A DNA stretch of 43,956 bases from Fibrobacterales bacterium (GCA_051532035.1 JAOPTW010000017.1:1-43956); one strand, 5' to 3'. Shown: positions 17,539 to 28,132, numbered from the stretch's first letter. The notes: generated from the letters alone by a model not told the origin. Program-made: numbers and translations.

Positions 17539-17566
17539 AAGGCTCGCTTTTTAGCGGGCCTTTTTT
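17539..17566 (+). terminator. Intrinsic terminator after the CBM4 remnant
   Basis: AAGGCTCGCT-TTTT-AGCGGGCCTT-TTTT. Confidence 0.85.
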
Positions 17567-17748
17567 GATGTACCGTACCATTAGTTATAGTTATTAATCA
17601 TCGTCTCGTTGAATTGTTGTAATAATCATAGTATTACCCTTTATTAACCAACATATCTCAATAGCATACCTTGATTCAATTCTATATTTACTGCAACGTT
17701 ATGATCAACACCTACCGGTGAAAAACCGAAGAGGATCAGATACCCCCA

Positions 17749-18525
17749 ATGACAGTAAATATGAGCATGGCTACATCATTAATTTTCGTATCCTTCTTAC
17801 TTTTAGGGTGCGACAATTCAGTAACCCCAATTCCTAACCAACAGAGTGCTGTATCATCTTCTTCACAGTCTATATCGAGCGCAGAAACTGCAATGGTTTC
17901 TTCAAGTGTAGAGTCAGGAATATCCAGTCTAGCATTGTCAGACACGACACTTTCTGAACGGTATCTCCTCAGTCCAACAACCGATACTTTACCAGAGGAG
18001 TGCTGGCCAACAAAAGAATATACAATTACCGGTGTTACCATTATTCCCGAAGAGTACAAACTGAATTCTAAAGGTGCAACAGGTGCACCTGACACTCTCA
18101 GAAGGCGGACATTTTTTGATATAAAAGCAGAAGTTGTTGAGGCGACTCTCTCTCCCGCACTCCCAGCACACGAATACCCTGAAACACATTTGATTGATTC
18201 TACCGACTCAGACTGTTATTATGGACTGATAGCCAATCCATCGCGCATTGACCACTCGAAGATTTTTGTTAACAAACCTATAGTTTTTAAGGGTGATACC
18301 ATTCCCGCCCACACCAATCTTAAACAGTATCGTGAAATGGGTGAAGATATGCTCAATATCAATATGTCCTTTTTATATGTACACGAAAGAGCCTTCATTT
18401 GGATTCATGACGACTTTGAATTTGGCCAAGGGGAGCATACTTTTACCTTTGAATGGTACACCTATACCAATGAAGTTATCAGGGATTCCACTATCGTCTA
18501 TCTGGATATTGACTATACAGAATAA
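17749..18525 (+). CDS. Hypothetical lipoprotein with Ser-rich linker
   Basis: Lipobox LLLGC; GAGGA SD upstream; exact start among three nearby ATGs uncertain. Confidence 0.75.
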   Translation: MTVNMSMATSLIFVSFLLLGCDNSVTPIPNQQSAVSSSSQSISSAETAMVSSSVESGISSLALSDTTLSERYLLSPTTDTLPEECWPTKEYTITGVTIIPEEYKLNSKGATGAPDTLRRRTFFDIKAEVVEATLSPALPAHEYPETHLIDSTDSDCYYGLIANPSRIDHSKIFVNKPIVFKGDTIPAHTNLKQYREMGEDMLNINMSFLYVHERAFIWIHDDFEFGQGEHTFTFEWYTYTNEVIRDSTIVYLDIDYTE

Positions 18526-18872
18526 TTTTCTCACCACCAACCTAGACGTCATTTTCATTTATACATCTACTCGCCCAATTGCTCCTCAATATTGCGATAG
18601 ATACCATCATAATATCGTTTATCAGAATCAGGGATAGACTGTGAAAAAGAGATAGACTCCATAAGTGACTGTAGTATCTATTTCTGTAGTCCCATCATCA
18701 AAGAGTGCAGTAATTTCCATACCCTCACCCTTACCGTACCACGTAAATTAAGTATAAACATATCCCCTTTCAAATAGAAAAGAGTATATTAAACAGTGTC
18801 TACTTACCTATGCACCCACTAAACAAGTTATTTAGTGCACAATCAGGGAAGAGATATTAAACCGGGGCACAG

Positions 18873-21497
18873 ATGAATCAAAGCATTATCAATACACGAT
18901 TTCTTTCGAAATTGTCAATTAGCAGGCATTCGATACTCACAATACTCCTCTTTGTAACTACTACTGCATACTCGCAACCAAGAGTCGGGCCCGATGGTTT
19001 TTTTCATCCTGAAGTTGGCGGAAGTAGCTTGCTCACTGTTCTTGGACACAAAGGGCAAGTTGACCCAGTATTGATCGATGAGATAGGTCGTGCATTGGTA
19101 AAGGCAACCGGTGAAAATATTGGTCACTTTGGTCTTATTGATAATAACACCACACCAATCAACTGGAGTGCACTCGATGGCTACTATCCCGGTTGTGTCT
19201 ATCAATTTGATATTCCTGATTTTTCGGTAACCCTTACGTATTTAGCAACACCGCGCACCATTAGTAGTATCGGACAACATAATGGAGACTTTATACTCCT
19301 TTTCGTAAAAGCATCATTGACCTATACCGGCAGCGCAACCACTGGAAGCACCTCAATACCTCTTGGTGCCCCACCTGAACTTACCCCAATAAACGATGCC
19401 GCTAAAAGTGACCAAAGTTATGATATCACCTCTGGTATCCCCTTAGAATTTGAATATGCTACTGCGATATCAAGAATTTCAGGTACCGGAGGCCCCACCC
19501 TCAACTCACAAGAGATACAGGAGATTGCAGGAACCTTTGCCGATGCTCAAGCAGACTTTAAAACGTTTTGGGATGTTGAACTCAATAGAGTAGTAGAAGT
19601 TACGGTCCCTGAAAGTACAGAAAATGCAGAGCACTTTAACAACGTACTGAAAAGTTCACTTGCCCATATTCAAATAGTCCGTGATGGCGACTTTCTGCAT
19701 GTGGGTGAAAATGGATACAACTATCTTTTTGATCATGATGCCCATGGTATTTTCGCCAGTGCTATCGAAATGGGAGCTCTTACTCAAGATGAAGCTGAGA
19801 CACTGCTTCGCACCTTCCCTATTCAGCAATCATCTCATGACTATATCGATGCCCTGGGTAAACTCCCTTGGGCCATTGCAAAATTTGTATTAAAGTTTCA
19901 ACCAAATCAAAGTCTCATACAAGATTTTGTATTTACCCATCAGTTTAAAGGCGCGGGAGACAAATTGAAAACTCTTTCGGACTGGATGCACACTATGGTA
20001 ACCGACAAATTAGAAGATGATGGTCTTGCGGTCTTTGCAGAGACCCTCGACTCTCATAATCGCGCGACAGTCGATAACATGGCAATACTTCTTGGGCTCA
20101 GAGCCTATCGCTATCTCTGTTTGTATCTCGGTGAAACTGATGAAGCGACATGGGCACTTGATCAGTATACAACAACCCACACAGTACTCCAAGATGTATT
20201 ACTCGAATTAATGAATGGCAAAACTGAAGAAGAGAAATATGTATCCGTTGGTATTATGGACCGCACCGAAGACCTTCCTTTTGGTGGTCAACCCGATGCC
20301 TTTATTAATGCAAACGCCTACTCACACTTCTTTTTTGGCAGAATGTATGAACTGTTTCTCTTTGGTGGTGACTATGACCGCCTCGCACCCTATATTGACA
20401 ATACACTGGATCAAGGTATTGCCATGATAAATGGCGATGAGCGTTTTCTTGAAAATGGCGTGTGGAATGGTAACTTTGGTATGTATAACGATGAATTTTG
20501 TTCAAGTGGATACAACACTGCCTACACGGAAGGCTTATTGCTCGGTAACGGAAAGTACCGCAGTGCATTTTACACCGCATTCGATTACTCCATGGATAGA
20601 CAGAGTGGTCCGTATGTATGGTTTGAAGGGGTTGGCTGTGGAGAAGAGTTTGGAGTAACAATTCAAGGCCAAAATACAGCCGCAAAAGCCGGTACCGGTT
20701 CTGCACCACACATGTGGAGCGTGGCGAGTCAATCACGAATGCTCGTTCTCACCTTTATATCTGAACGCTATGACGGGTCACTGGTTATTGGCAGAGGCAT
20801 CCCAAAGGACTGGATTGGAAAGGGTGATGTGGGTATACAAAACTATCCACTGAGCAACAAAACTCGATTTGGATACACGATATCGAAAAAATCAGAAGGG
20901 CTCTATAGCATATCCTTTAATGGCACCCCTGCGGGTAAAACTATAGTGAATCTTCCTCAGTTTATTGATGAAGAGCCTGCGCTCATACACTACCAAAATT
21001 CACCAGTGGATTACCTTACTCAGGTTACATTAACAGACTTTGATGCTGACGGTAAGAATGAGATTGTTATTGATTCTGGGTACACCTATTCACAACCTAT
21101 CCTCTTTGCCTTTCACTCCCAAGTGAATGTTGATTCACTGAATACTGTGGGTATTATGGTATCGAGCAGTAGCAGCGTAGTAGCTCATGAAGAGAGCAGT
21201 AGTGTCGTTTCATCTGATGAGAGTATGAGTGCATCAGAGTCAATGAGCAGTACTATCCTTTCATCATCAATGCCAACGTCTGAATCAAGTTCTTCATCAG
21301 TAATCACTGCGCCACTCATTACGAGTTTGAAGAGTCGTGTGCACGTAAACTATGCAGTGTTAGCTCCTTTTCAAGATATACCAGAAGTTTCAGCTTCAAC
21401 AGAAATTGTCTTTTATACATTGACCGGAGAACAGATTTCAAGAGTGTCCGAGAGTAGAAGTGAGGTAATTGTGATGGTTATGAGGGAACTGAAGTAA
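18873..21497 (+). CDS. Secreted putative six-hairpin (alpha/alpha)6 glycoside hydrolase of unassigned family, with Ser-rich linker and C-terminal sorting-like domain
   Basis: Signal peptide ending TTAYS; FKTFW..EL...V.VPE, GYNYLFDHDAH, PHMWS and LVIGRGIPKDW segments typical of GH15/65/78-like clan architecture; C-terminal FYTLTGE. Confidence 0.6.
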   Translation: MNQSIINTRFLSKLSISRHSILTILLFVTTTAYSQPRVGPDGFFHPEVGGSSLLTVLGHKGQVDPVLIDEIGRALVKATGENIGHFGLIDNNTTPINWSALDGYYPGCVYQFDIPDFSVTLTYLATPRTISSIGQHNGDFILLFVKASLTYTGSATTGSTSIPLGAPPELTPINDAAKSDQSYDITSGIPLEFEYATAISRISGTGGPTLNSQEIQEIAGTFADAQADFKTFWDVELNRVVEVTVPESTENAEHFNNVLKSSLAHIQIVRDGDFLHVGENGYNYLFDHDAHGIFASAIEMGALTQDEAETLLRTFPIQQSSHDYIDALGKLPWAIAKFVLKFQPNQSLIQDFVFTHQFKGAGDKLKTLSDWMHTMVTDKLEDDGLAVFAETLDSHNRATVDNMAILLGLRAYRYLCLYLGETDEATWALDQYTTTHTVLQDVLLELMNGKTEEEKYVSVGIMDRTEDLPFGGQPDAFINANAYSHFFFGRMYELFLFGGDYDRLAPYIDNTLDQGIAMINGDERFLENGVWNGNFGMYNDEFCSSGYNTAYTEGLLLGNGKYRSAFYTAFDYSMDRQSGPYVWFEGVGCGEEFGVTIQGQNTAAKAGTGSAPHMWSVASQSRMLVLTFISERYDGSLVIGRGIPKDWIGKGDVGIQNYPLSNKTRFGYTISKKSEGLYSISFNGTPAGKTIVNLPQFIDEEPALIHYQNSPVDYLTQVTLTDFDADGKNEIVIDSGYTYSQPILFAFHSQVNVDSLNTVGIMVSSSSSVVAHEESSSVVSSDESMSASESMSSTILSSSMPTSESSSSSVITAPLITSLKSRVHVNYAVLAPFQDIPEVSASTEIVFYTLTGEQISRVSESRSEVIVMVMRELK

Positions 21498-21759
21498 TTG
21501 AATATCTATCAACGGTAATTATTCGGAATGTATAAGAGTTGATCGTAATCCTCATATTGTGAGTAGCACTGGATATATAATAGTTCTTCCCTTTTTTCAC
21601 AAAGCACTCAAGGCCTGACTCCTGTAATACTGTCAGCATCAGACGTTCAATCTGCTTTTTTGAAAAGGCCGTACCGAGCTTCTTGTTTATTCTTCCGTAT
21701 ACCAGTTCAGTATAGCAGTGGCTTTTTACTATTGCAGCTTTGTCTATTATCATGATCAC
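21478..21759 (-). CDS. DUF3781-like small protein
   Basis: YTELVYGRINKKL...KKGKNYY...RITINSYTFRIITV pattern; 3' end overlaps the convergent gene by 20 nt. Confidence 0.7.
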   Translation of the reverse strand: MIMIIDKAAIVKSHCYTELVYGRINKKLGTAFSKKQIERLMLTVLQESGLECFVKKGKNYYISSATHNMRITINSYTFRIITVDRYSITSVPS

Positions 21760-21948
21760 TTTATTATGTTAAAATTTTTAAGAGAGACTGATTTTCTATA
21801 GGCAATCAATATACTCTGTAATTGTCCTCTCTTCTATACTATTCTTTTTATCCACGTATTATCCGCTTACAAAAGTAATACGCATATCCCAATAAAAATG
21901 TATACTCTATACATCCCTTTTCACAAAATACCCCCAAGGAGCTTGGTA

Positions 21949-24606
21949 ATGAAACGATCATTTCTTACTACTCAATTCTTGTTTCAAAGTATTACCGTGG
22001 CAATTATTGCATTCGGTATCTTTCTCTACATAAACCCTATTCCTGTTTCAACAGCCCCTTCAGTAACACATTCACCGCAAGCAAAACCTATCTTAAAAAA
22101 GGTTAAAAAATCGAAGCGGGTCAAAACGCCTCCTACAATAAAGAAAAAGTGTACTAATGGCATGCTCACTTTCATTAAAGAGGGAAAGGCTGAACAGCTT
22201 CCTCTTATTCATTCTGATGTTGTCGTAACCATATCAGGGCTCCTCGCTCGAGTAACCCTCAAACAAACGTTCGTGAACAGTGATGTAAACCCACTTGAAG
22301 TAGAGTACCTCTTCCCCCTCAGTGAAAAAAGCGCCGTTGATTCTATGACGATGCGTACCCCATCACGCCTCGTCTATGGTGTTGTTAAGAAGAAAGAAGA
22401 AGCCGAAGCTGAATATCAGGCCGCTTTAAAAAAAGGACAACGGGCATCAGTGGTTCACCAAGTACGAAGCAATATCTTTAAACAAAAACTGGGTAACGTA
22501 ATGCCCGGCGACACTATTGAAATTACCATTAGCTATTTAGAAGAAGTCTCGTACGACCTCCATACTCTAAGATATCACTTCCCTATGACCATTGGACCTT
22601 ACTTTACCCCTGAGGCAAAAGACAGTGCAATTCGCGACTCTATCAGTCAGTCTGTATCAACCCCTTACAATACACCTACCCATCGTGACCCTTCTACTAT
22701 CTCACTCACGCTCTCAGTAGAGGCAAATGATGCCATAACCGCATTTACCTCCCCCAGTCACCGTATACACACAACCCTTCCCAAAAACGGTTGGTACACC
22801 ATTACTCTAAGCAACAATGATCAAATACCCAACAAAGACTTTATGCTTGAGATACCCTATAGTAACACCAAACCACTGAGTCAGTTTACCTTTGAAAAAG
22901 GTGCAGAAGAGTCATTTTGGCATCTCACACTCTTCCCTCCCACAGGAACAACCAACAAAGCACACCCTAGAGATCTCACGTTTATAATGGATCGTTCAGG
23001 AAGTATGCGTGGCTTTCCCCTCGATAAAAGCAAAGAGGTCATGGAGAACCTCCTGAAAAATACCAATCCAGATGATCGTTTCCGAATTATCAAATTTGCA
23101 GGAACTGCTACCGACATGAGCCCTGTACCCCTTCCTGCGAACGCGCAGTATATCCAAAAAGCACTGACCTTTATCGATGAGACCAACAGTCACGGTGGTA
23201 CCAATGTACTCCCTGCCATGGAAAAAGCACTCTCGTATCCTGCAGATGCCTACCGAGAGCGCGTCGTAATATTCATGAGTGATGCCTATGTCTCAAATGA
23301 GAAACAGATTAATGCACTGGTCAAAGAAAAAATTGGTACCGGTAAAGTCTTTACTATTGGCATAGGGTCGAGCGTCAATCACTCATTGCTCCGTTCCATG
23401 GCAATCGTTGGTAATGGCCACTATAGCTATATTCGCCATGATGGCGATGCAGAAAAGCGAGTGAAAGAACTGTATCAGCGCATGGAGGCCCCAGTATTAA
23501 ATCAATTACTCCTCTCTGGTGATGTAAAAAAAGCTTCAAAGATCTACCCCAAAGTGATTCCCTATTTAGGGGGCGGCCAACCACTTCAACTCACTGGCAT
23601 GATCCCTAACAGTAAACTCCCCCCCGATAGTACCTCTGGGTTATTTCAAAAGGTGATGCACTCCATTGCACCATCAAATAACACCCTTACTCTAACTGGA
23701 ATCATGGGTGATAGCTCCACTTGGTCTCAAGGAGTGCATCTCAACACTCCTACAAGCCGTACTATTGGTCTTCCTGCTCTTTGGGCGCGAAAGCACATTG
23801 AACACATCGAGTTCCATGAGGGAGACTATAAACGCAAAGGTAACCTCCTCTCTAAAAAACAAGATGAGAAGGTTACTCAACTCGGCCTCAAGTATCAGAT
23901 CATGACGAGAAACACCAGTTTTCTTGCCGTTGAAAGTATTACCGTCAACAGCAGTGGCAACACTCTCAACATAACCCAGCCCAATCAACATCCGGTAGGA
24001 GTTGCTCAATACCTTAAGGCCGCACCACCAGCTCGGATTCGCAAGAATAAAATAAGCCCTATTAGTGAACAACATCAAGGGCAGTTCCTCCTTTCTAAAA
24101 CAAAAAACTCACATTCAGCATATTCAGTAAGTAGGGGCGCAACAATTTCTGGAAGAAAAACATCAAGTAAATTTACACACTATGCAGAAGCAGCAAGTGG
24201 AGGGATGGGTGATGCGCTTTCAGCCTTACTTGGGGGTGGCGGTGGTGCAGTATCACTAGGAGCCAAGGGAAAGTTTAAAGCTCCTTCATCTTCGGACATC
24301 GTCATTACCGATAGCAATACTCTACGGTCAAAAGCTTCAATTATGCGCGTCATACGAAGTCGTTCCCCCGGATTGCGACACATATACAATAAGTATCTTA
24401 AGAAACATCCAGGGTTTGCCGGGATACTCAATGTGAGCTTGACCATTGCTGCATCTGGCAAAATAATATCCTTTACTCTAGAAAGCAGTAGCACGGGAGT
24501 GACAGAGTTTGATAATGAAATTAGAAACAAAGTGAAACGTTGGAAATTTGAACGAATAGCATCAGGTGAATGTACTATTACAGTGCCTCTTGCGTTTAGT
24601 GAATAA
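21949..24606 (+). CDS. Membrane-anchored VIT + vWA domain protein with C-terminal AgmX/PglI (TonB-C-like) domain
   Basis: AAGGAG SD; N-terminal TM; VIT (ARVTLKQTF.N...LEVEYLFPL...AVD); MIDAS DRSGSM, GGT, SD; RSKASIMRVIRSRSPGLRHIYNKYLKKHPGF.G C-terminal domain. Confidence 0.85.
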   Translation: MKRSFLTTQFLFQSITVAIIAFGIFLYINPIPVSTAPSVTHSPQAKPILKKVKKSKRVKTPPTIKKKCTNGMLTFIKEGKAEQLPLIHSDVVVTISGLLARVTLKQTFVNSDVNPLEVEYLFPLSEKSAVDSMTMRTPSRLVYGVVKKKEEAEAEYQAALKKGQRASVVHQVRSNIFKQKLGNVMPGDTIEITISYLEEVSYDLHTLRYHFPMTIGPYFTPEAKDSAIRDSISQSVSTPYNTPTHRDPSTISLTLSVEANDAITAFTSPSHRIHTTLPKNGWYTITLSNNDQIPNKDFMLEIPYSNTKPLSQFTFEKGAEESFWHLTLFPPTGTTNKAHPRDLTFIMDRSGSMRGFPLDKSKEVMENLLKNTNPDDRFRIIKFAGTATDMSPVPLPANAQYIQKALTFIDETNSHGGTNVLPAMEKALSYPADAYRERVVIFMSDAYVSNEKQINALVKEKIGTGKVFTIGIGSSVNHSLLRSMAIVGNGHYSYIRHDGDAEKRVKELYQRMEAPVLNQLLLSGDVKKASKIYPKVIPYLGGGQPLQLTGMIPNSKLPPDSTSGLFQKVMHSIAPSNNTLTLTGIMGDSSTWSQGVHLNTPTSRTIGLPALWARKHIEHIEFHEGDYKRKGNLLSKKQDEKVTQLGLKYQIMTRNTSFLAVESITVNSSGNTLNITQPNQHPVGVAQYLKAAPPARIRKNKISPISEQHQGQFLLSKTKNSHSAYSVSRGATISGRKTSSKFTHYAEAASGGMGDALSALLGGGGGAVSLGAKGKFKAPSSSDIVITDSNTLRSKASIMRVIRSRSPGLRHIYNKYLKKHPGFAGILNVSLTIAASGKIISFTLESSSTGVTEFDNEIRNKVKRWKFERIASGECTITVPLAFSE

Positions 24607-24627
24607 AAAAACATAAAGGAAAAACAA

Positions 24628-25047
24628 ATGTCTCAAGCCAATGGTTCTATCAAAGTCGGTGTCGGTGTACTTATCGTCCGCAACAACCAAGTATTACTGG
24701 GCAAGCGGAAGGGTTCACATGGTGAAGGCACTTGGGCACTCCCTGGTGGTCATTTAGAGTTTGGCGAAACCGTTGTAGAGTGCGCTGCCCGTGAAGTACT
24801 TGAAGAGACTGGTTTAATTATTGAAAATGTTGGTCATGCAGGGTTTACCACAGATGTATTTCCCGATGTAGAGCATCAATATGTCACACTCTTTGCACTA
24901 GCGCACAATCCTACGGGTGAGCCTGAGACGCGCGAACCGAACAAATGCACAGGATGGCATTGGTTCTCTTGGAACAATCTACCACGGCCACTCTTTGCCC
25001 CCTTAGAATCACTTATTACTCAGGGATATACTCTTGTATCTGTCTGA
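24628..25047 (+). CDS. NUDIX hydrolase (NUDT15/MutT-like)
   Basis: Nudix box GGHLEFGETVVECAAREVLEETGL; EPNKC.GW.WF.W. Confidence 0.92.
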   Translation: MSQANGSIKVGVGVLIVRNNQVLLGKRKGSHGEGTWALPGGHLEFGETVVECAAREVLEETGLIIENVGHAGFTTDVFPDVEHQYVTLFALAHNPTGEPETREPNKCTGWHWFSWNNLPRPLFAPLESLITQGYTLVSV

Positions 25048-25137
25048 CACTATAAGTACTCAATGTAAGGTAAGTGTATAAATCCAGTTAACAATACCCA
25101 ATTACTGTGCGCGTTGAAAAAGAATGAGTATGTAATT

Positions 25138-26427
25138 TTAAAAGCCAATCATGTCATTTATTGAAATTTTATATTCAGTTTCAATAGCAGAAATTTTATA
25201 TGTTCTGCATTCACGAGTATCTATTGTCTTTATTACGCCATCTTCAAGAGGCTTCCCAAATGGCTTACTAATGATTGCAATTACTGGAAGTGAGGGTGAT
25301 TCAATGTTGGCCCCTATAACTCGTGCTATTTCATTACTACTCAACTTCACCAAAGACCCTATAGGAAAAAGAGAGGTATACCCTATCAGTTTATTAACAT
25401 ACTCTTTTTCGAATTTGTTCTTTGCAGCCCCTTCAATAATAGCGCGCATACGATAAAACGGGTGTACGTTTTCAACGGAATCAAGCCTGGAATGAATGTA
25501 TTCATGAGCAATAGCTAGGATTTTCGAAAAAGGATGTAATGAAGAACCATTTTTTCCCTTTGGATAACCACTACCATCTTCCCGTTCACAGGCCTGATAC
25601 GCTGCAATGGGTACTACTCTCGCAAGGTCCTGATATCTCTCGAGGATATTAGCTGATAAGGCCGGAAGCGCCTGAAATGCAATTGGATCAATCTCTTTTT
25701 TAGCTTGAACAATATTCGCATAATTGTTGTTAAGAAAATATATACCAATGTTATGTAACAGTGCACATTGAATAAGTTGTTTCAGCTGCGTTTCTTTATA
25801 CTGTAATGAAACCCCATTTATCAAAGCTACAATAGCGGTATTTACTGTATACCCAAAAAGTGATAGCTTAGAGGGGTACCCTAAGTTACAGCATTCTAAA
25901 AGAATATGCTTATCCTTTTTTAATATCTTAAGGAGTACTCCAGATATTCTGTCACAACATAAATGAGGGTCAACTCGTTGGCCGGTATAGATAGATGCAT
26001 ACAGAGTTTTCACATCCTCTATTACTGAAATATAAATATGCTTGATACCAAGCTTATACTTTTGATCTCTGTTAGAAAGCACCCCAAAGGAAATTTCCGT
26101 TTCAAAAGGAGGCTCATCTATTTCTGCCCAGAGATCATGTATTTCATCATCACCGGTAACAAATTCTTTTTTTTGTAACGCTATAACGCTCTCTGAAAGT
26201 TTCAGTGGGGGGTGATTTGACTGAGTAGTTATTTCTGTTTCGTTTCTATTTTTTGAACTGAAAGGAAATCGTGACTGTAGAGGAGGATTACCTCTTTTTG
26301 TAAGTGCGATCAAACTATTTGATGAAATTTCAGATCCTGCAGGCAAAACAACCTGCCCGTCTTCGGTCACTATATCAGCCGAGACACTGTCTCCAACTAT
26401 TAGATCTTCATACGCAATGCTATGCAC
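25138..26427 (-). CDS. HD-GYP domain protein with degenerate metal ligands
   Basis: ALLHNIG, EREDGSGYPKG, SKILAIA and FPIGSLVKLSSNEIARVI motifs; GTG start. Confidence 0.85.
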   Translation of the reverse strand: MHSIAYEDLIVGDSVSADIVTEDGQVVLPAGSEISSNSLIALTKRGNPPLQSRFPFSSKNRNETEITTQSNHPPLKLSESVIALQKKEFVTGDDEIHDLWAEIDEPPFETEISFGVLSNRDQKYKLGIKHIYISVIEDVKTLYASIYTGQRVDPHLCCDRISGVLLKILKKDKHILLECCNLGYPSKLSLFGYTVNTAIVALINGVSLQYKETQLKQLIQCALLHNIGIYFLNNNYANIVQAKKEIDPIAFQALPALSANILERYQDLARVVPIAAYQACEREDGSGYPKGKNGSSLHPFSKILAIAHEYIHSRLDSVENVHPFYRMRAIIEGAAKNKFEKEYVNKLIGYTSLFPIGSLVKLSSNEIARVIGANIESPSLPVIAIISKPFGKPLEDGVIKTIDTRECRTYKISAIETEYKISINDMIGF

Positions 26428-26439
26428 CTATTTATACCT

Positions 26440-26474
26440 ATATCTCAAAATCCATACTATTAATTTTGAGATAT
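26440..26474. promoter_or_regulatory. 12-bp perfect inverted repeat just upstream of the HD-GYP start (operator or RNA hairpin)
   Basis: ATATCTCAAAAT-N11-ATTTTGAGATAT. Confidence 0.45.
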
Positions 26475-26566
26475 TCTTAACACAATTATATACCTAGTAT
26501 ACCCCACTGAAGTTCAGTCTGCTACAATAGTTTACTGTATTTAATAGATTTTAGTTTATTGAGTAT

Positions 26567-28132
26567 CTACCAATCTATTGGAAAGTAGTCTTTTAAGAAC
26601 TGGCCACTCCAGTGTTTCCCTGTTAAGATACCATCGATCAGTGGATCACAGATTCGTGCGGCACCATCAACAATATCAAGAGGTGGCTGAAAGTCATGTA
26701 CTTTCTCTTTAAACTCTGCTAAGTGAACTGGATCTTCATCAGTGACCCATCCGGTATCAACAGCATTCATATAGATACCATATTGGGTAAGTTCAGATGC
26801 TGAGGTGTGCGTTAACATATTGAGCGCCGCTTTTGCCATATTCGTGTGTGGGTGACGATCACTCTTTTTAAAACGAAAAAACTTACCTTCCATAGCCGAC
26901 ACATTCACAATATGCTTGCAGCCTGTATTCTCTCGTTTCATCATCTCTACTAAACGATTACACAACACGAATGGAGCGACTGCGTTTACCAATTGTAATT
27001 CAAGCATTTCAGAGGCTTTAATCTCTCCTAACCGTAACCGCCATGAGTTGGTGGTACGCAGGTCAACCTGTTGTAGATCAACATCGAGCTTACCCTCTGG
27101 GAACAATTTTTCAGGCTCAGTTAACGGATAGTCATTTGTATAAGGCATTTGGGACAAGTGGGCAGAGTGTTCAAGACCCATATTTACACCCATCTGATCA
27201 TTAGTCCATGAGATAGGCAATGCTTTATCTTCAGTTAAGTCATTGTGAGTAAAATCAGTGAGTGTTTTAATACATGACCGGAAACTACTCAATAATTTTT
27301 GGGTCTGCATATCTTGTTTTTCAAATGGTTCCATCTCTAAGTCCATGAGATGCTTATAGAAATTAGGTGGGCGACGAACAGTCTGTGCCGCATTATTTAT
27401 GAGGATATCCATGCGGTCAAATCGTTCTTCGATATGGGTACAGAAGTTCTCAACGCTTGGCGTATGCCGTAAATCAAGACCATAAATATGAAGGCGCTCT
27501 CCCCATTTCTTAAAATGAGGTTCTTTTGCAAAACGTTTTGCTGAGTCAATAGGAAATCGTGTTGTCGCAACAACGGTTGCTCCCGATTCCAAAAGCATTA
27601 ATGTAGCCTGATATCCAATTTTTAGACGAGAGCCTGTGATAACCGCAACCTGACCAGTAAGGTCACAGCGTTGGAAGCGTTTCATGTAATTTAAATCACC
27701 GCACTTCTTACACATTGCGTCATAGAATGGGTGAAGGGTTGTAAATTTCGCCTTACACACATAACAGTTACGAGGAGAATCAAGGGTAACGAGCTCTTTA
27801 TTTTTATCAACGCCGGCATATTCAATTTGCATGGGCGCCGTAAAAATAGTAGCTTCCCGAGCAGAGCGAATGCCCGTTTGAGCACGAGCGGTACGTTCTC
27901 TTTCCTTACTCTTTAATTTTTGTTGTTCTTTTAAAGCCTGTTTTTGCTCTTTACTCGCTTTACGGTCTGGTCTAGAAAAAGTTCCTGCCGCCTTTCGAAG
28001 CTCTATAACCTGTTCTTTATCTAGTGAGTTAAACTGCTCGGGCGAACTATTGAGTGTTTCTAATACGCGGATACAATTTTTAAGTTCTTCTGCTGTTAAT
28101 TCAGATGGTACGCTATTCTCATCAGGTTTCAT
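26567..28132 (-). CDS. Large SDR-family oxidoreductase with N-terminal Cys4 motif
   Basis: CYVC...[45 protein letters not shown] 28132 chosen as start. Confidence 0.88.
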   Translation of the reverse strand: MKPDENSVPSELTAEELKNCIRVLETLNSSPEQFNSLDKEQVIELRKAAGTFSRPDRKASKEQKQALKEQQKLKSKERERTARAQTGIRSAREATIFTAPMQIEYAGVDKNKELVTLDSPRNCYVCKAKFTTLHPFYDAMCKKCGDLNYMKRFQRCDLTGQVAVITGSRLKIGYQATLMLLESGATVVATTRFPIDSAKRFAKEPHFKKWGERLHIYGLDLRHTPSVENFCTHIEERFDRMDILINNAAQTVRRPPNFYKHLMDLEMEPFEKQDMQTQKLLSSFRSCIKTLTDFTHNDLTEDKALPISWTNDQMGVNMGLEHSAHLSQMPYTNDYPLTEPEKLFPEGKLDVDLQQVDLRTTNSWRLRLGEIKASEMLELQLVNAVAPFVLCNRLVEMMKRENTGCKHIVNVSAMEGKFFRFKKSDRHPHTNMAKAALNMLTHTSASELTQYGIYMNAVDTGWVTDEDPVHLAEFKEKVHDFQPPLDIVDGAARICDPLIDGILTGKHWSGQFLKDYFPIDW

